Source of the DNA: an uncultured Gammaproteobacteria bacterium
Lineage (GTDB): Bacteria; Patescibacteriota; Microgenomatia; Levybacterales; UBA12049
Direction of reading: 5' to 3'
NCBI GenBank assembly: GCA_964610465.1
Contig: CAZSWA010000006.1
Coordinates: forward strand, 4,332-68,331
DNA: 64,000 nucleotides
The notes beneath the pieces are model-generated. The model did not search any database. It was not told the DNA's origin and saw nothing but the letters and a program-made list of their open reading frames with translations. A program made the translations under genes and the position numbers. Position 1 is the first letter of the stretch; each line of letters opens with the position of its first letter. This document shows positions 1-9,772 of this stretch, piece by piece.

Positions 1-624
1 GGAAATGCAGTTATCACAGGAGATTTTACTACTGAACAAGCACAGACATTGCAAATTCAACTCAATGCAGGTGCATTACCAGTTTCTCTTTCAGTGCTTC
101 AGCAGCAAGCAATTGGCGCAACGCTTGGACAGTCCTCTCTTGCCAAAAGTTTACTTGCCGGAACGTTGGGCTTTTTTATTATCGTAGTCTTTATGATAGT
201 ACTCTATGGCAGGCTTGGAGTAGTTGCCAGTTTTGCACTTGCGATATACACGTTATTAGTGCTTTCACTCTTTAGACTTATTCCGGTAACACTTACTTTG
301 GCTGGTATAGCAGGGTTTATTTTGTCAATTGGTATTGCAGTTGATGCAAATATCCTGATATTTGAACGTATGAAAGAAGAATTACGCAAAGGTAGACAGC
401 AAGGAATGGCAATTGATTTGGGATTTTCAAGAGCATGGCCTTCCATTCGGGATTCAAATATTTCAAGTCTTATCACAAGTTCTATCCTTTACTATTTTGG
501 TACTGGTATTGTGAGAGGATTTGCATTTACTTTGGCACTTGGTGTATTGGTTTCAATGTTTTCAGCAATTGTGGTAACAAGAACATTCTTGAGAGTATTT
601 TATAGAAATAATTCGAATAATTAG
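1..624 (+). CDS. secD: Protein-export membrane protein SecD (C-terminal part; 5' end lies outside window)
   Basis: Frame 1 from base 1 reads GNAVITGDFTTEQAQTLQIQLNAGALP..., continuous with ORF 49..624; multi-TM C-terminal SecD region; immediately followed by secF; stop TAG at 622-624. Confidence 0.85.
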   Translation, partial: GNAVITGDFTTEQAQTLQIQLNAGALPVSLSVLQQQAIGATLGQSSLAKSLLAGTLGFFIIVVFMIVLYGRLGVVASFALAIYTLLVLSLFRLIPVTLTLAGIAGFILSIGIAVDANILIFERMKEELRKGRQQGMAIDLGFSRAWPSIRDSNISSLITSSILYYFGTGIVRGFAFTLALGVLVSMFSAIVVTRTFLRVFYRNNSNN

Positions 625-627
625 AGT

Positions 628-1581
628 ATGTTAAACATTATTGGCAAGAAAAACTGGTATTTTTTAATTTCACTTCTGGTAATCATTCCAGGACTTATTT
701 CTGTTATGGTGTGGGGACTTAGGTTGTCTATTGATTTTACGGGCGGTTCCCGTATCACTTACATGTTTCAAAAACCAGTGGATGATAAAACGGTAGGTAT
801 CATAACCAATGCATACAAACAGGAGAAAATTGATGTGCCAACAGTTCAAAAGTCAGGTACAACTGTAATTTTCCGAACGAGTTCAATCAATGAAAAACAA
901 AACGCACAGGTAATAAATCGTTTTCAAAAATCAGTTGGAAGTTTCAAAATGGAGGAGTTTGAAACAGTAGGTCCAACTATTGGACAGGAAGTAACAGCCA
1001 ATGCACTTAAGGCACTTCTAGTTGCATCGCTTTTGATTGTGTTGTATATCGCATACGCATTTAGAAAAGTACCAAAACCAACTTCAAGCTGGAGGTTTGG
1101 AATTACTGCTATTATTGCACTTCTTCATGATGTGCTGGTACTTGTTGGACTTTTTTCAATCTTTGGACATTTCTTTGGAGTAGAAGTTGATAGTTTATTC
1201 CTTACTGCACTTCTAACTGTCATGGGTTTCTCAGTTCATGATACTATTGTCGTCTTTGATAGAATTCGGGAAAATCTCTTAAAAATAGGAGGAGTTTCCT
1301 TTCAGCAAATTGTCAATGATTCTATTCTTCAGACAATGGTTCGTTCTTTAAATACTTCTCTTACGGCACTTCTTGTCCTTTTCGCATTACTGCTTTTTGG
1401 AGGAGAAAGTACAAGATGGTTTGTTATAGCGTTACTTATCGGTATTACATCAGGCACGTATTCATCTATCTTTAATGCAGCACCGCTTCTTGTGGTATGG
1501 CATGAACTTGATGAGAAAAGAAAAGCCAAAAAAGCAGCAGCAACTTCTTCAAAAACCCTAGCGTATTCTTTGAGGAAATAA
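628..1581 (+). CDS. secF: Protein-export membrane protein SecF
   Basis: 317 aa, N-terminal TM, periplasmic domain, C-terminal 5-TM bundle typical of SecF; 4 nt after secD. Confidence 0.85.
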   Translation: MLNIIGKKNWYFLISLLVIIPGLISVMVWGLRLSIDFTGGSRITYMFQKPVDDKTVGIITNAYKQEKIDVPTVQKSGTTVIFRTSSINEKQNAQVINRFQKSVGSFKMEEFETVGPTIGQEVTANALKALLVASLLIVLYIAYAFRKVPKPTSSWRFGITAIIALLHDVLVLVGLFSIFGHFFGVEVDSLFLTALLTVMGFSVHDTIVVFDRIRENLLKIGGVSFQQIVNDSILQTMVRSLNTSLTALLVLFALLLFGGESTRWFVIALLIGITSGTYSSIFNAAPLLVVWHELDEKRKAKKAAATSSKTLAYSLRK

Positions 1582-1583
1582 GT

Positions 1584-2603
1584 TTAGATTAACTCGCTCA
1601 TCTTTTCTCCAATATCACTATATCCATCATGATTGGGATGAAGCCCATCACTACACACTAAGGAAGAATCTATTTTGTAATCAAACAAATTTACAAATGC
1701 TAAATTATTGGCATTTGCAGTTTTTATCATTGCCAAATCCAATTCTACCAGTGCATATAAGATAGAATCTTTAATTTCTTTATCTTTACCAGGAATATAG
1801 AGAGCAAGGCTTTCTTTTTTTTGGATATAATCTTGAGTACTTTGCAAAGTCATGATATTAGGAAGTAATGTAAGGATGACTCGTCCTTCGTGATTTGGGA
1901 GTTCATCTATCATATTTTCCAGATTGGCTTTATATTGTGTAATAGTATCAGTGATTTTTTTTGGTGCTCTTTCTTCAATATGAAAGAGAAAGTCAGAGTC
2001 TACTCCATCTGCCAGTTTAAAAAGGTCATTGGCTCCGACAGATACTAAATAAACAGGGTTTTCGACTTTTATAAGGTCATCATGTGCATTTTTTACGAGA
2101 TCGAGAACTTTAGCTGATGTTTTACCTCCTTGATATGTTCCTTTTATATCTGCTTCTTGTAGTTTTAGTCCTTTATTTTGAGCATTGTAAATGAAAGTAG
2201 TTATGATACCGATGTCATCAACTCTATGTCTTTTCCCTTGTTCATCTACTGCAGTATCATCTTGACATACGCCTTGCATAATACTGTCTCCAATACGGAC
2301 TATTTTATATTGAAGAGAAGGATTTAGCTGTATTTTTCTTGACTTAGCAGTCCTTACTTTATGAAGGTCAGTACCTTCTTTATCTGCGATTTGCGTTCTT
2401 AAATCATCAAAGCTTGAATGAGAATGAGATTCTTGATGCCCTGTACTACCGCGTATTTTATTTATTTCATACACAACGCCTGCTGCGGCAATAGCTCCTC
2501 CGAGACGTGCTGCTTTTCCAAAGAATTCCCGGCGGGAATAGGCAGGCGGTTTGGTTTCCTGAAATAAAACTAAGTCTTGAGTCCTTTCCTTTACAACTGT
2601 CAT
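1584..2603 (-). CDS. SGNH/GDSL-family hydrolase with Tat-like signal peptide
   Basis: RREFFGKAARLGGAIAAAG twin-arginine-like N-term; GDS block (VRIGDSIMQG), GxND block (VSVGANDL), DGLHPN block. Confidence 0.65.
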   Translation of the reverse strand: MTVVKERTQDLVLFQETKPPAYSRREFFGKAARLGGAIAAAGVVYEINKIRGSTGHQESHSHSSFDDLRTQIADKEGTDLHKVRTAKSRKIQLNPSLQYKIVRIGDSIMQGVCQDDTAVDEQGKRHRVDDIGIITTFIYNAQNKGLKLQEADIKGTYQGGKTSAKVLDLVKNAHDDLIKVENPVYLVSVGANDLFKLADGVDSDFLFHIEERAPKKITDTITQYKANLENMIDELPNHEGRVILTLLPNIMTLQSTQDYIQKKESLALYIPGKDKEIKDSILYALVELDLAMIKTANANNLAFVNLFDYKIDSSLVCSDGLHPNHDGYSDIGEKMSELI

Positions 2604-2755
2604 TACAATAATTATTCTTATTATAATCGTAACTTATTGATTTTCAATAACTAATCCTTTTTGCTCTGGTTTATATTACTTTCTTTTTGGTAACTACTTT
2701 ACAAATTTTTCTCAAAGTGCTAATCTGGCAAAGATAAAGCCTCTTTGCTAAAATT

Positions 2756-3727
2756 ATGGATGCGTTTACCACACACAAAGAATCAATAGATGATAAAGAA
2801 ATCCTTGACGCATATTCTCATGCAGTTATCAACGTTGTTGAAAAAGTAGGTCCGGCAGTTGTCAAAGTTGATGTTATACGCACCAATGGCAATCCATATC
2901 TTCAGGAGCAACAAGGATTGGGTTCGGGAGTTATCATAACGCCTGATGGATTTATGATAACCAATCATCATGTCATCGATGGAGCCAAAAAAATTGAAGT
3001 ATCTTTGACAAACGGTAAGAACTACAAAGCACAAATCATAGGAAAAGATGCGGCAACTGATACGGCGCTTTTGCGTTTGCCAACCAATGATTTACCCTTT
3101 GCAGAGTTTGGCAATTCAGACCGCATTAAAGTTGGACAGCTGGCAATTGCGATAGGCAATCCTCTTGGTTTCCAGAGCACTGTCTCAACAGGTGTTGTCT
3201 CAGCACTTGGAAGGTCACTTCGAAGCGACGCAGGAAGGCTTATTGAAAATGTTATCCAGACTGATGCATTATTAAATCCTGGTAATAGTGGTGGACCATT
3301 GGTTAATAGCAATGGACAAATTATTGGAATCAATACTGCAATGATTCCAATGGCACAGGGAATTGGTTTGGCAATTCCTTCCAATACAGTTTCCTGGGTA
3401 GTTAGTGAACTTCTCTCAAAAGGCAAAGTACAAAGAGCGTATCTTGGTATTTTGGGAAGAGGGCGGCCGCTTGAGAGGCAACTGCAGCGCTATTTTAAAT
3501 TAACCAATGACACCTGTGTTGAGATAATTCATGTGGAGCCAAAAAGTCCGTCCCGTGGACTTCTGCAAATAGGAGATTTTATTGTTGCATTAAATGGTCA
3601 GAAAGTAACCAGCATTGATGATTTGCACAAATATATGTCGCGCAAACCAGGAGGTACTCTTTTTAAGTTGACTATAGTGAGAGATTTTAAGAAGAGAAAT
3701 ATCTATATCACCGCAGGCGTAGCGTAA
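2756..3727 (+). CDS. HtrA/DegP-family trypsin-like serine protease with C-terminal PDZ domain
   Basis: Catalytic triad context TNHHV / DTALLRL / GNSGGPL; PDZ-like C-terminus. Confidence 0.85.
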   Translation: MDAFTTHKESIDDKEILDAYSHAVINVVEKVGPAVVKVDVIRTNGNPYLQEQQGLGSGVIITPDGFMITNHHVIDGAKKIEVSLTNGKNYKAQIIGKDAATDTALLRLPTNDLPFAEFGNSDRIKVGQLAIAIGNPLGFQSTVSTGVVSALGRSLRSDAGRLIENVIQTDALLNPGNSGGPLVNSNGQIIGINTAMIPMAQGIGLAIPSNTVSWVVSELLSKGKVQRAYLGILGRGRPLERQLQRYFKLTNDTCVEIIHVEPKSPSRGLLQIGDFIVALNGQKVTSIDDLHKYMSRKPGGTLFKLTIVRDFKKRNIYITAGVA

Positions 3728-3750
3728 ACAATATAGAGGTTAGCAATATT

Positions 3751-4263
3751 TTATTCTTCAAAATTCTTTTTAACTATTTTTAGACATTCTTCAATCGACA
3801 TCTTTTCTGTATCCAAATGAATGGTTCCTTCTATCGGATTTTCTATTACCTTTCTATATAACCCTTCAATTAACTCATCTCCCAGCGGTGGGAACCATCC
3901 TTCTTTCACTCCTTTTCTCGTTTTATCTCTAAGTTTTAATGTCTTAAGTGGACAGTCTAACTGATATACAATGACAGGAATATTTTTCTCTTGTGCTGCT
4001 GTAATAAAAGCATGAATATGCTCAGGTTTTTTAAAAATACCATCAACAATTACTGAAAATTTCCGATCAAGTATGTCTTTTAGGGCTACAAGAGCAGATT
4101 TATTCACATCATCCAGCGCAGAGTCTTGAAAATTAGAAAAAATACGCTTGAAGTTATCGATAGAAATCCATGCAACTTTTGTGTCATAGTCTCTTAAAAC
4201 TTCAGCTATCGTTGTTTTCCCGCTACATGATGTTCCTCGTAAAATTACTACTTTTTGTATCAT
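3751..4263 (-). CDS. P-loop NTPase / small-molecule kinase-like protein (AAA_33-like)
   Basis: Walker A ILRGTSCSGKTT near N-terminus, 170 aa. Confidence 0.45.
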   Translation of the reverse strand: MIQKVVILRGTSCSGKTTIAEVLRDYDTKVAWISIDNFKRIFSNFQDSALDDVNKSALVALKDILDRKFSVIVDGIFKKPEHIHAFITAAQEKNIPVIVYQLDCPLKTLKLRDKTRKGVKEGWFPPLGDELIEGLYRKVIENPIEGTIHLDTEKMSIEECLKIVKKNFEE

Positions 4264-4271
4264 GATGTGTA

Positions 4272-4592
4272 TTACACTTTTGTTTGCTCGGCCCAGGCGG
4301 CCATACTATCAAATACTTTTCTAAGTGATTCCCCTTTTTTGGTAAGACTGTATTCTACATGCAAGGGAACTTCCGCAAACACTTTTTTGGTAATAATACC
4401 TTCTTTCTCAAGTTCAGAAAGTCGTTCTGACAGAGTCTTGGGACTAATACCTGGAAGTGATCTTTGTAGTTCACCAAAACGTTTCTTGCCTTCACAAAGA
4501 TTGTGAAGGAGAAGCATTGTCCATTTGCTGCCGATAATCTTAAGTGTTTTGGCAACATTGCAGTTCGTATGTTCCTGATTTACTTTTTTCAT
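4272..4592 (-). CDS. HxlR-family winged-helix transcriptional regulator
   Basis: 106 aa; HxlR signature region CNVAKTLKIIGSKWTMLLLHNL...FGELQRSLPGISPKTLSERLSELE; divergent from the next gene. Confidence 0.75.
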   Translation of the reverse strand: MKKVNQEHTNCNVAKTLKIIGSKWTMLLLHNLCEGKKRFGELQRSLPGISPKTLSERLSELEKEGIITKKVFAEVPLHVEYSLTKKGESLRKVFDSMAAWAEQTKV

Positions 4593-4710
4593 AAATTTAT
4601 TTACTGCTTATAATTTGCTCGCAATTAATTATTCTTGTGAATTATTATATCATATACTTCATAAAATGTAAGTACTTTACAAAATGAAGTTGAACTGCTA
4701 ATATATTGTT

Positions 4711-5358
4711 ATGAACAAAACAACAGTTGTTCCATTAAAAACTTTACAAGATAAATGGACCACACTTGCTGATGGAAAAACTTTACAACAAACAGTAGAT
4801 GCGTTAGAACAAAATGGATTCCATACTATTGTCGTAGACAATGCTGAAGAAGCCAAACAAAAAGCATTAGAATTACTGCCCATTGGTTCACAGGTTTTTA
4901 CTATGACTTCCAAAACTCTTGAAAAAATCGGGCTTGCCCAAAAAATTCAAGAATCAGGTGAATATGATTCAGTAAAAAACGCGCTTACTAAATTGGATAG
5001 AAATACGCAAGGGAGAAAAATGCAAATACTGGGAAGCGCTCCGGAATATGCAGTGGGTAGTGTACATGCGGTAACTACTGATGGACACGTACTTATCGCG
5101 TCACGTTCAGGAAGCCAATTACCAGGATATGTGTATGGGGCAGACCATGTAATTTGGATAGTAAGTACACAAAAAATAGTAAAAAATATTGATGAGGGAA
5201 TAAAAAGAATTTATGAGCATGTATTACCGCTTGAGTCTCAAAGGGTAAGAGAAGTCTACGGTATGCCCGAAAGCAGTGTTGATAAATTACTTATATTCAA
5301 CAGAGAACGCCCGGGAAGAATAACAGTTATTCTGGTAAAAGAAAAGTTAGGCTTCTAA
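4711..5358 (+). CDS. LUD-domain (LutC/YkgG-like, DUF162) protein
   Basis: 215 aa; overall similarity in motif order to lactate-utilisation LutC family; modest certainty. Confidence 0.4.
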   Translation: MNKTTVVPLKTLQDKWTTLADGKTLQQTVDALEQNGFHTIVVDNAEEAKQKALELLPIGSQVFTMTSKTLEKIGLAQKIQESGEYDSVKNALTKLDRNTQGRKMQILGSAPEYAVGSVHAVTTDGHVLIASRSGSQLPGYVYGADHVIWIVSTQKIVKNIDEGIKRIYEHVLPLESQRVREVYGMPESSVDKLLIFNRERPGRITVILVKEKLGF

Positions 5359-5432
5359 ATACTTGTAAAATTAAATATTGTATTTATACAACTACTACAT
5401 TATAATCTCTTTATCTCAGTAGTATATAAAAA

Positions 5433-6806
5433 ATGGCAGCTGAAATAAGAGAACAATCAAATTATTCTTCAAGGTCCCCTCAAGAACTCATCCGTGCAAA
5501 AATAGAAACAGAACGTTTGGAAACGATACCTCTTGCTCATGTAAAAACAGAACATGCGTTAGTTGATGAATCTCACGCAAAAGATTTAGGAAACTCTATG
5601 AAGCAGAAAAGAGGACAAATATCTCCGATAGTCGTGAGAGCAAGAATGGAAGATAATGAAGTTGTATATGATGTAATAGATGGGTTCCATAGGACTGAAG
5701 GGAAAAAATTAAATGGGGATGAAAACATAAATGCTACTGTTGTATATAATTGTTCTGATGAAGAGATGTTTGATTTGAGAATACTCGCTGCAAGTTCTGT
5801 ACGTTCTGTTCAATATCCTCGTATTGCTCAATGGATTTCACGATCATTTGACCAAACACCATGGAAAGAAAAAGGTTTAAATGTAGCTCAAGCGTTTGGT
5901 ATCGCTGTAAATGATAGTGTAAAAACTCGAGGCATTGAATTAAATCCGGAAGAAATTGAAGACCTGAAAGAATGGGTGCAGGGGAAAACACAAAAATGGG
6001 GAAAAAGTATCGCTGGAACGTATCAAATTTTACGTGTTGTATCAAATGCTGATCCTGATCTTGTAAAGCAAGTACGAACCTCTGGAGGTGGAAAAGATAG
6101 AAACGGAAGAATTACACCTGCTCGCTTACAGACAGTAGTTGAACAGTTTCCTGGAGAAAAGAATTTTGAGACTCAAAGAGCAGTTCTTAAAGTAGTTGTT
6201 GAAAAAAGACTCTATGCAGAAGAAACTGCTCAACTGGTAAGAGATGTACAAAAACATATACAACCTGGTATGAGCGAGTCAGAAATTTATGAAGTTGCCA
6301 ATAACATTGTGATTACCCATCAGGTATTTCCTGAGAGAGATTCTCAAAAAGATGAATTGGGAGGATGGGATGCGTCAGTAGATGAATTTAGAGAGAAACC
6401 TCATAAAAAACGGACGAGGGCATCTGCAAAAATAATACAAGCTGAAGTAGTAGAAGAACTTCGAAAGCATAGGGATGAAAACAAGAGTCTAAGGAAAGAG
6501 AATGAAAGCTTAAAAACAAAAAATGCTATGCTGGAAGATAGATTGAGAGAACAAAAAGCAGGAACTGATACACTGGGTAGACTCGCTACTCGTATAACAG
6601 AATGGATAGAAACCGCGACATATCTTACAAAAAATGAAAGAGTATGTCTTGAAAGAGTATTTCTCATGCAGGAAAATATAGATGTCGTTGCAAGGTCCTT
6701 CAATATAGCTCCTATGCAGGTATCAAAATTTATACAGAGTGCTCTTTATAGGAAAGGTGTTGAAGAACTAGCAAAGCATAATCCATACTCTTCTCAAACT
6801 AATTAA
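5433..6806 (+). CDS. ParB-like nuclease (ParB/Srx) domain protein with coiled coil and C-terminal sigma-70 region-4-like HTH
   Basis: N-terminal ISPIVVRAR...VIDGFHRTEG (ParB N-domain DGxHR motif); heptad-rich segment KSLRKENESLKTKNAMLEDRLREQ; C-terminal LTKNERVCLERVFLMQENIDVVARSFNIAPMQVSKFIQSAL resembles sigma70_r4. Confidence 0.5.
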   Translation: MAAEIREQSNYSSRSPQELIRAKIETERLETIPLAHVKTEHALVDESHAKDLGNSMKQKRGQISPIVVRARMEDNEVVYDVIDGFHRTEGKKLNGDENINATVVYNCSDEEMFDLRILAASSVRSVQYPRIAQWISRSFDQTPWKEKGLNVAQAFGIAVNDSVKTRGIELNPEEIEDLKEWVQGKTQKWGKSIAGTYQILRVVSNADPDLVKQVRTSGGGKDRNGRITPARLQTVVEQFPGEKNFETQRAVLKVVVEKRLYAEETAQLVRDVQKHIQPGMSESEIYEVANNIVITHQVFPERDSQKDELGGWDASVDEFREKPHKKRTRASAKIIQAEVVEELRKHRDENKSLRKENESLKTKNAMLEDRLREQKAGTDTLGRLATRITEWIETATYLTKNERVCLERVFLMQENIDVVARSFNIAPMQVSKFIQSALYRKGVEELAKHNPYSSQTN

Positions 6807-6825
6807 AGTTTAATAGTTAGGACAA

Positions 6826-7284
6826 TTGATATCGTGGAATATGAAAAAATCCAAGATGAATAAACAGATTACAGTTATTGCAGGTGTGGTAATAAAAGAC
6901 AATAAAGTTTTAATGGTTTTGCGTAATGAAGAGGAGCAACCGGATGCGCATCTCAAATGGGAATTTCCTGGAGGCAAAGTTGATTTTAGCGAAACAATAG
7001 AAGAATCACTCGCAAGAGAATTTTTGGAAGAAACAGGGGTTGAGGTAAAAGTGAAGGAACTTTTGCCATTTGTCCAGACAAGCTATTGGAACTATGAATG
7101 GGGAACACAGCAAACTCTTTGTTTTGTATTTCTTTGTGAATTTATCAAACAGCATGCTGTTCCATTAGATCATCATGTAAAGAAAATTGAGTGGATTGAG
7201 ATTGAGAAAATAAAAGATTTAGCATCACTTCCCGGAACAAATGAGGTAATAGAGATTGTGAAGAAAGAATTGGCAATAAGTTAA
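6826..7284 (+). CDS. NUDIX hydrolase
   Basis: Nudix box GGKVDFSETIEESLAREFLEETGV. Confidence 0.8.
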   Translation: MISWNMKKSKMNKQITVIAGVVIKDNKVLMVLRNEEEQPDAHLKWEFPGGKVDFSETIEESLAREFLEETGVEVKVKELLPFVQTSYWNYEWGTQQTLCFVFLCEFIKQHAVPLDHHVKKIEWIEIEKIKDLASLPGTNEVIEIVKKELAIS

Positions 7285-7320
7285 TTTTTCACGAAGTCTC
7301 TCTCCTTTTAGGAGAAGGAA

Positions 7321-7776
7321 TTATGACTTACTTAGCTCCTCTTTCACAATCTTGCTTACCAGGCTTCCGTCTGCTTTACCTTTAACTTTAGGCATAAGAG
7401 CACCCATAACTTTGCCCATATCTTGAGGTGAGGAAGCACCTGTTTGCGTGATAGCATCTGCGACTAGCTTTTTTATTTCCTCTTCTCCCATTTGCTCAGG
7501 CATATATTTCTGAAGAATTGCAAGTTCTTTTTCTTCTTTCTCAGCTAAGTCTTTTCTTCCACCAGTGGTAAATTGTTCAATAGAATCTCTGTGCTGTTTG
7601 ACTTCTCTTTGGATTACTGTCATGACATCCTCGTCATTGGCTTCATAATTTGCTCCGGCTTTTTGGATTTCATAATAATTGATAGCTGATAAAAGCATGC
7701 GAAGCACAGAAGTTCTGGTCGTATCTTTGGCAAGCATGGATTGTTTGAGCTCGTCACGAAGTTGTTGCTTTAACAT
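7321..7776 (-). CDS. GatB/YqeY domain-containing protein
   Basis: 151 aa; typical YqeY N-terminus MLKQQLRDELKQSMLAKD..R..LRMLLSAI. Confidence 0.8.
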   Translation of the reverse strand: MLKQQLRDELKQSMLAKDTTRTSVLRMLLSAINYYEIQKAGANYEANDEDVMTVIQREVKQHRDSIEQFTTGGRKDLAEKEEKELAILQKYMPEQMGEEEIKKLVADAITQTGASSPQDMGKVMGALMPKVKGKADGSLVSKIVKEELSKS

Positions 7777-7869
7777 ATGAGTATTATAGCATTTTCGAAT
7801 GGGAGTTCACAGTTATTGGTTCACTGGAGATAAAACATTATTACTAATTGGACTGAAATGTCAACTAAA

Positions 7870-8259
7870 TTACTTCTTATCTTGTTTTGTTTGTTCTTGA
7901 TGTAGTGTCTGTTGTCCTGTGAATGGTCTGCCTCCATCATAGCCTTTGGTATGAAATTGTCTTCCTTCACCTTCAGATGTAATAGGCTTTCTTATACCCT
8001 TAGACCGCATATCATACTCCGCGTCAAAAATTCTAGTAATATCCCACTCAGGATTATTACCTTTTGCATGTTTTTCTAGGTTAGCAAACTCCTTATCATA
8101 TCTATCTTCTTCACCTTTGGACATATCTTCAATCCAATCATTAGCAGAACGTGCTATATAACCTTCAGGTATATTACCAGTAGCACCTGGAGGAGTAGGC
8201 GGTCTCTGTGCACGCTTTTTAGCAACTTGGTCATAGCTGCGTGGATTTCTTTCTGTCAT
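7870..8259 (-). CDS. Hypothetical protein (charged, no TM)
   Basis: 129-aa ORF with coding-like composition; no recognisable motif. Confidence 0.3.
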   Translation of the reverse strand: MTERNPRSYDQVAKKRAQRPPTPPGATGNIPEGYIARSANDWIEDMSKGEEDRYDKEFANLEKHAKGNNPEWDITRIFDAEYDMRSKGIRKPITSEGEGRQFHTKGYDGGRPFTGQQTLHQEQTKQDKK

Positions 8260-8301
8260 ACTATGAGCAATTATAGCCTATAAAGGCTAAGTGTTCAATA
8301 T

Positions 8302-9735
8302 TTACCTTTTTATTTTTTCTAATTCCGGTTGGAGTTCTTTTATTCTTTTGAGCAAATAGTCTCGATTATTTTTCTCCAAATCTTCATCCACTTCTTCAAA
8401 AAGTTTTTGTAAAATCCGGCCGATGATTGGTCCGGGTTTAATATCAAGCTCTTTCATAACATCATTGCCATCAACTACCAGATTTTTGATAGAAAAAGGT
8501 TCAGGAGCAAGTTGTTCTTCAAGCCGTTTTTTAAATAATTTAAGTCTCCAGCTTTCTGCAGTTTGAGTACCTCCACCAAGTCTGTCTCCAATGCGAAGTT
8601 CCATCATATCCTTCACATTTTCAACCCCAACGCGCCTTATAAACCTTCTGACCGCAGCATCAGTGATGTGCTCATCAACTGTAAACATATGCCATCTGAC
8701 AAGCGTCACGATTTTCTGTTTGTCTTTTCTGGAAAACCGTAATCTATCTGCTATCTCTGCAGCAATCTTTGCGCCTTCTATCTCGTGATTGTGGAAAATA
8801 ACATACCCATGCTCATCTGTTGCTGCAACTTTTGGCTTGCCGATGTCATGGATAAGTGCTGCCAAACGGACAACCGGGTCAGATGCTGGAGTAAATTTAA
8901 GAGAAAGAATATTGTGAGTGAAGACATCTGTTTTGTGATGTCTGCCAGGACGCTCCTGAGATACGTCAATACCTTCAAGAAGTTCCGGGATAATATAGTT
9001 TAAAAGTCCTGTATTTTTAAGAAGCATGATACCTTCATACGGATAGTTGCTTGTCAGGATTTTGAGTAACTCATCGTGGATTCTTTCTTTGGATATCTCA
9101 GAAAGAAGCCGCGCATCTTGTACAATTGCTTGAAATGTCCTCTCGTCAATGGTAAATCCAAGCTGTGTTGCTAGGCGAATCGCACGCATGAGACGAAGCG
9201 CATCTTCTTTAAATCTAAGATTTGGATCGCCGACTGCACGTAACACTTTATTTCTTATATCTTCCTGTCCATAGTAAGGGTCGATAAGGTGAGTGTGTAG
9301 TCGATTGTCTTCAGTACGCACCTCAAGCGCAATTGCGTTGATAGTAAAATCACGACGGGACAAATCTTCCTCAACTGTTTTGCCCCACTCAACCCCTGCG
9401 GGATGGCGTCTATCTTTATATTCTTTTTCAGTTCTATATGTAGTAATTTCAAGTACTTCACTTTTTTCTTGTGAGTCTGGCACGCCAAAATTCTCTAACG
9501 CTTCGGTTGGTAAACCTACCGTACCAAACTGATTATCATAAAAACCGCCAGGAAAAAGTTTGAGAATTTGTTCGGGTGTAGCATTGGTGGTAAAATCCCA
9601 GTCGCTTGTTGGTCTGCCAAGAATCAAATCTCTCACACATCCACCAACCAGATAAATTTGAAATCCAGCTTCATGAAATATTCTATTTACTTTTAGTACA
9701 TGTGCTGGAATACCTTCGACCATACCTTGTCCCAT
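8302..9735 (-). CDS. cca: CCA-adding tRNA nucleotidyltransferase with HD domain
   Basis: Head domain GGCVRDLILGRPTSDWDFTT; HD motif LAALIHDIGKP; 477 aa. Confidence 0.8.
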   Translation of the reverse strand: MGQGMVEGIPAHVLKVNRIFHEAGFQIYLVGGCVRDLILGRPTSDWDFTTNATPEQILKLFPGGFYDNQFGTVGLPTEALENFGVPDSQEKSEVLEITTYRTEKEYKDRRHPAGVEWGKTVEEDLSRRDFTINAIALEVRTEDNRLHTHLIDPYYGQEDIRNKVLRAVGDPNLRFKEDALRLMRAIRLATQLGFTIDERTFQAIVQDARLLSEISKERIHDELLKILTSNYPYEGIMLLKNTGLLNYIIPELLEGIDVSQERPGRHHKTDVFTHNILSLKFTPASDPVVRLAALIHDIGKPKVAATDEHGYVIFHNHEIEGAKIAAEIADRLRFSRKDKQKIVTLVRWHMFTVDEHITDAAVRRFIRRVGVENVKDMMELRIGDRLGGGTQTAESWRLKLFKKRLEEQLAPEPFSIKNLVVDGNDVMKELDIKPGPIIGRILQKLFEEVDEDLEKNNRDYLLKRIKELQPELEKIKR

Positions 9736-9772
9736 GCAGTGGGGTCTGCTATAGTATATCAGATAAAATCAT

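Noticed and set aside
204-476. Antisense ORFs inside established genes, such as 204..476(-), 3022..3426(-), 10051..10390(-), 25430..25648(+), 28027..28499(+), 48614..49325(-), 53219..53974(-), 55085..55432(-) and 58219..59058(-)
   Set aside because: They overlap well-supported genes on the opposite strand, have low-complexity or odd composition and no motifs; they are shadow ORFs.
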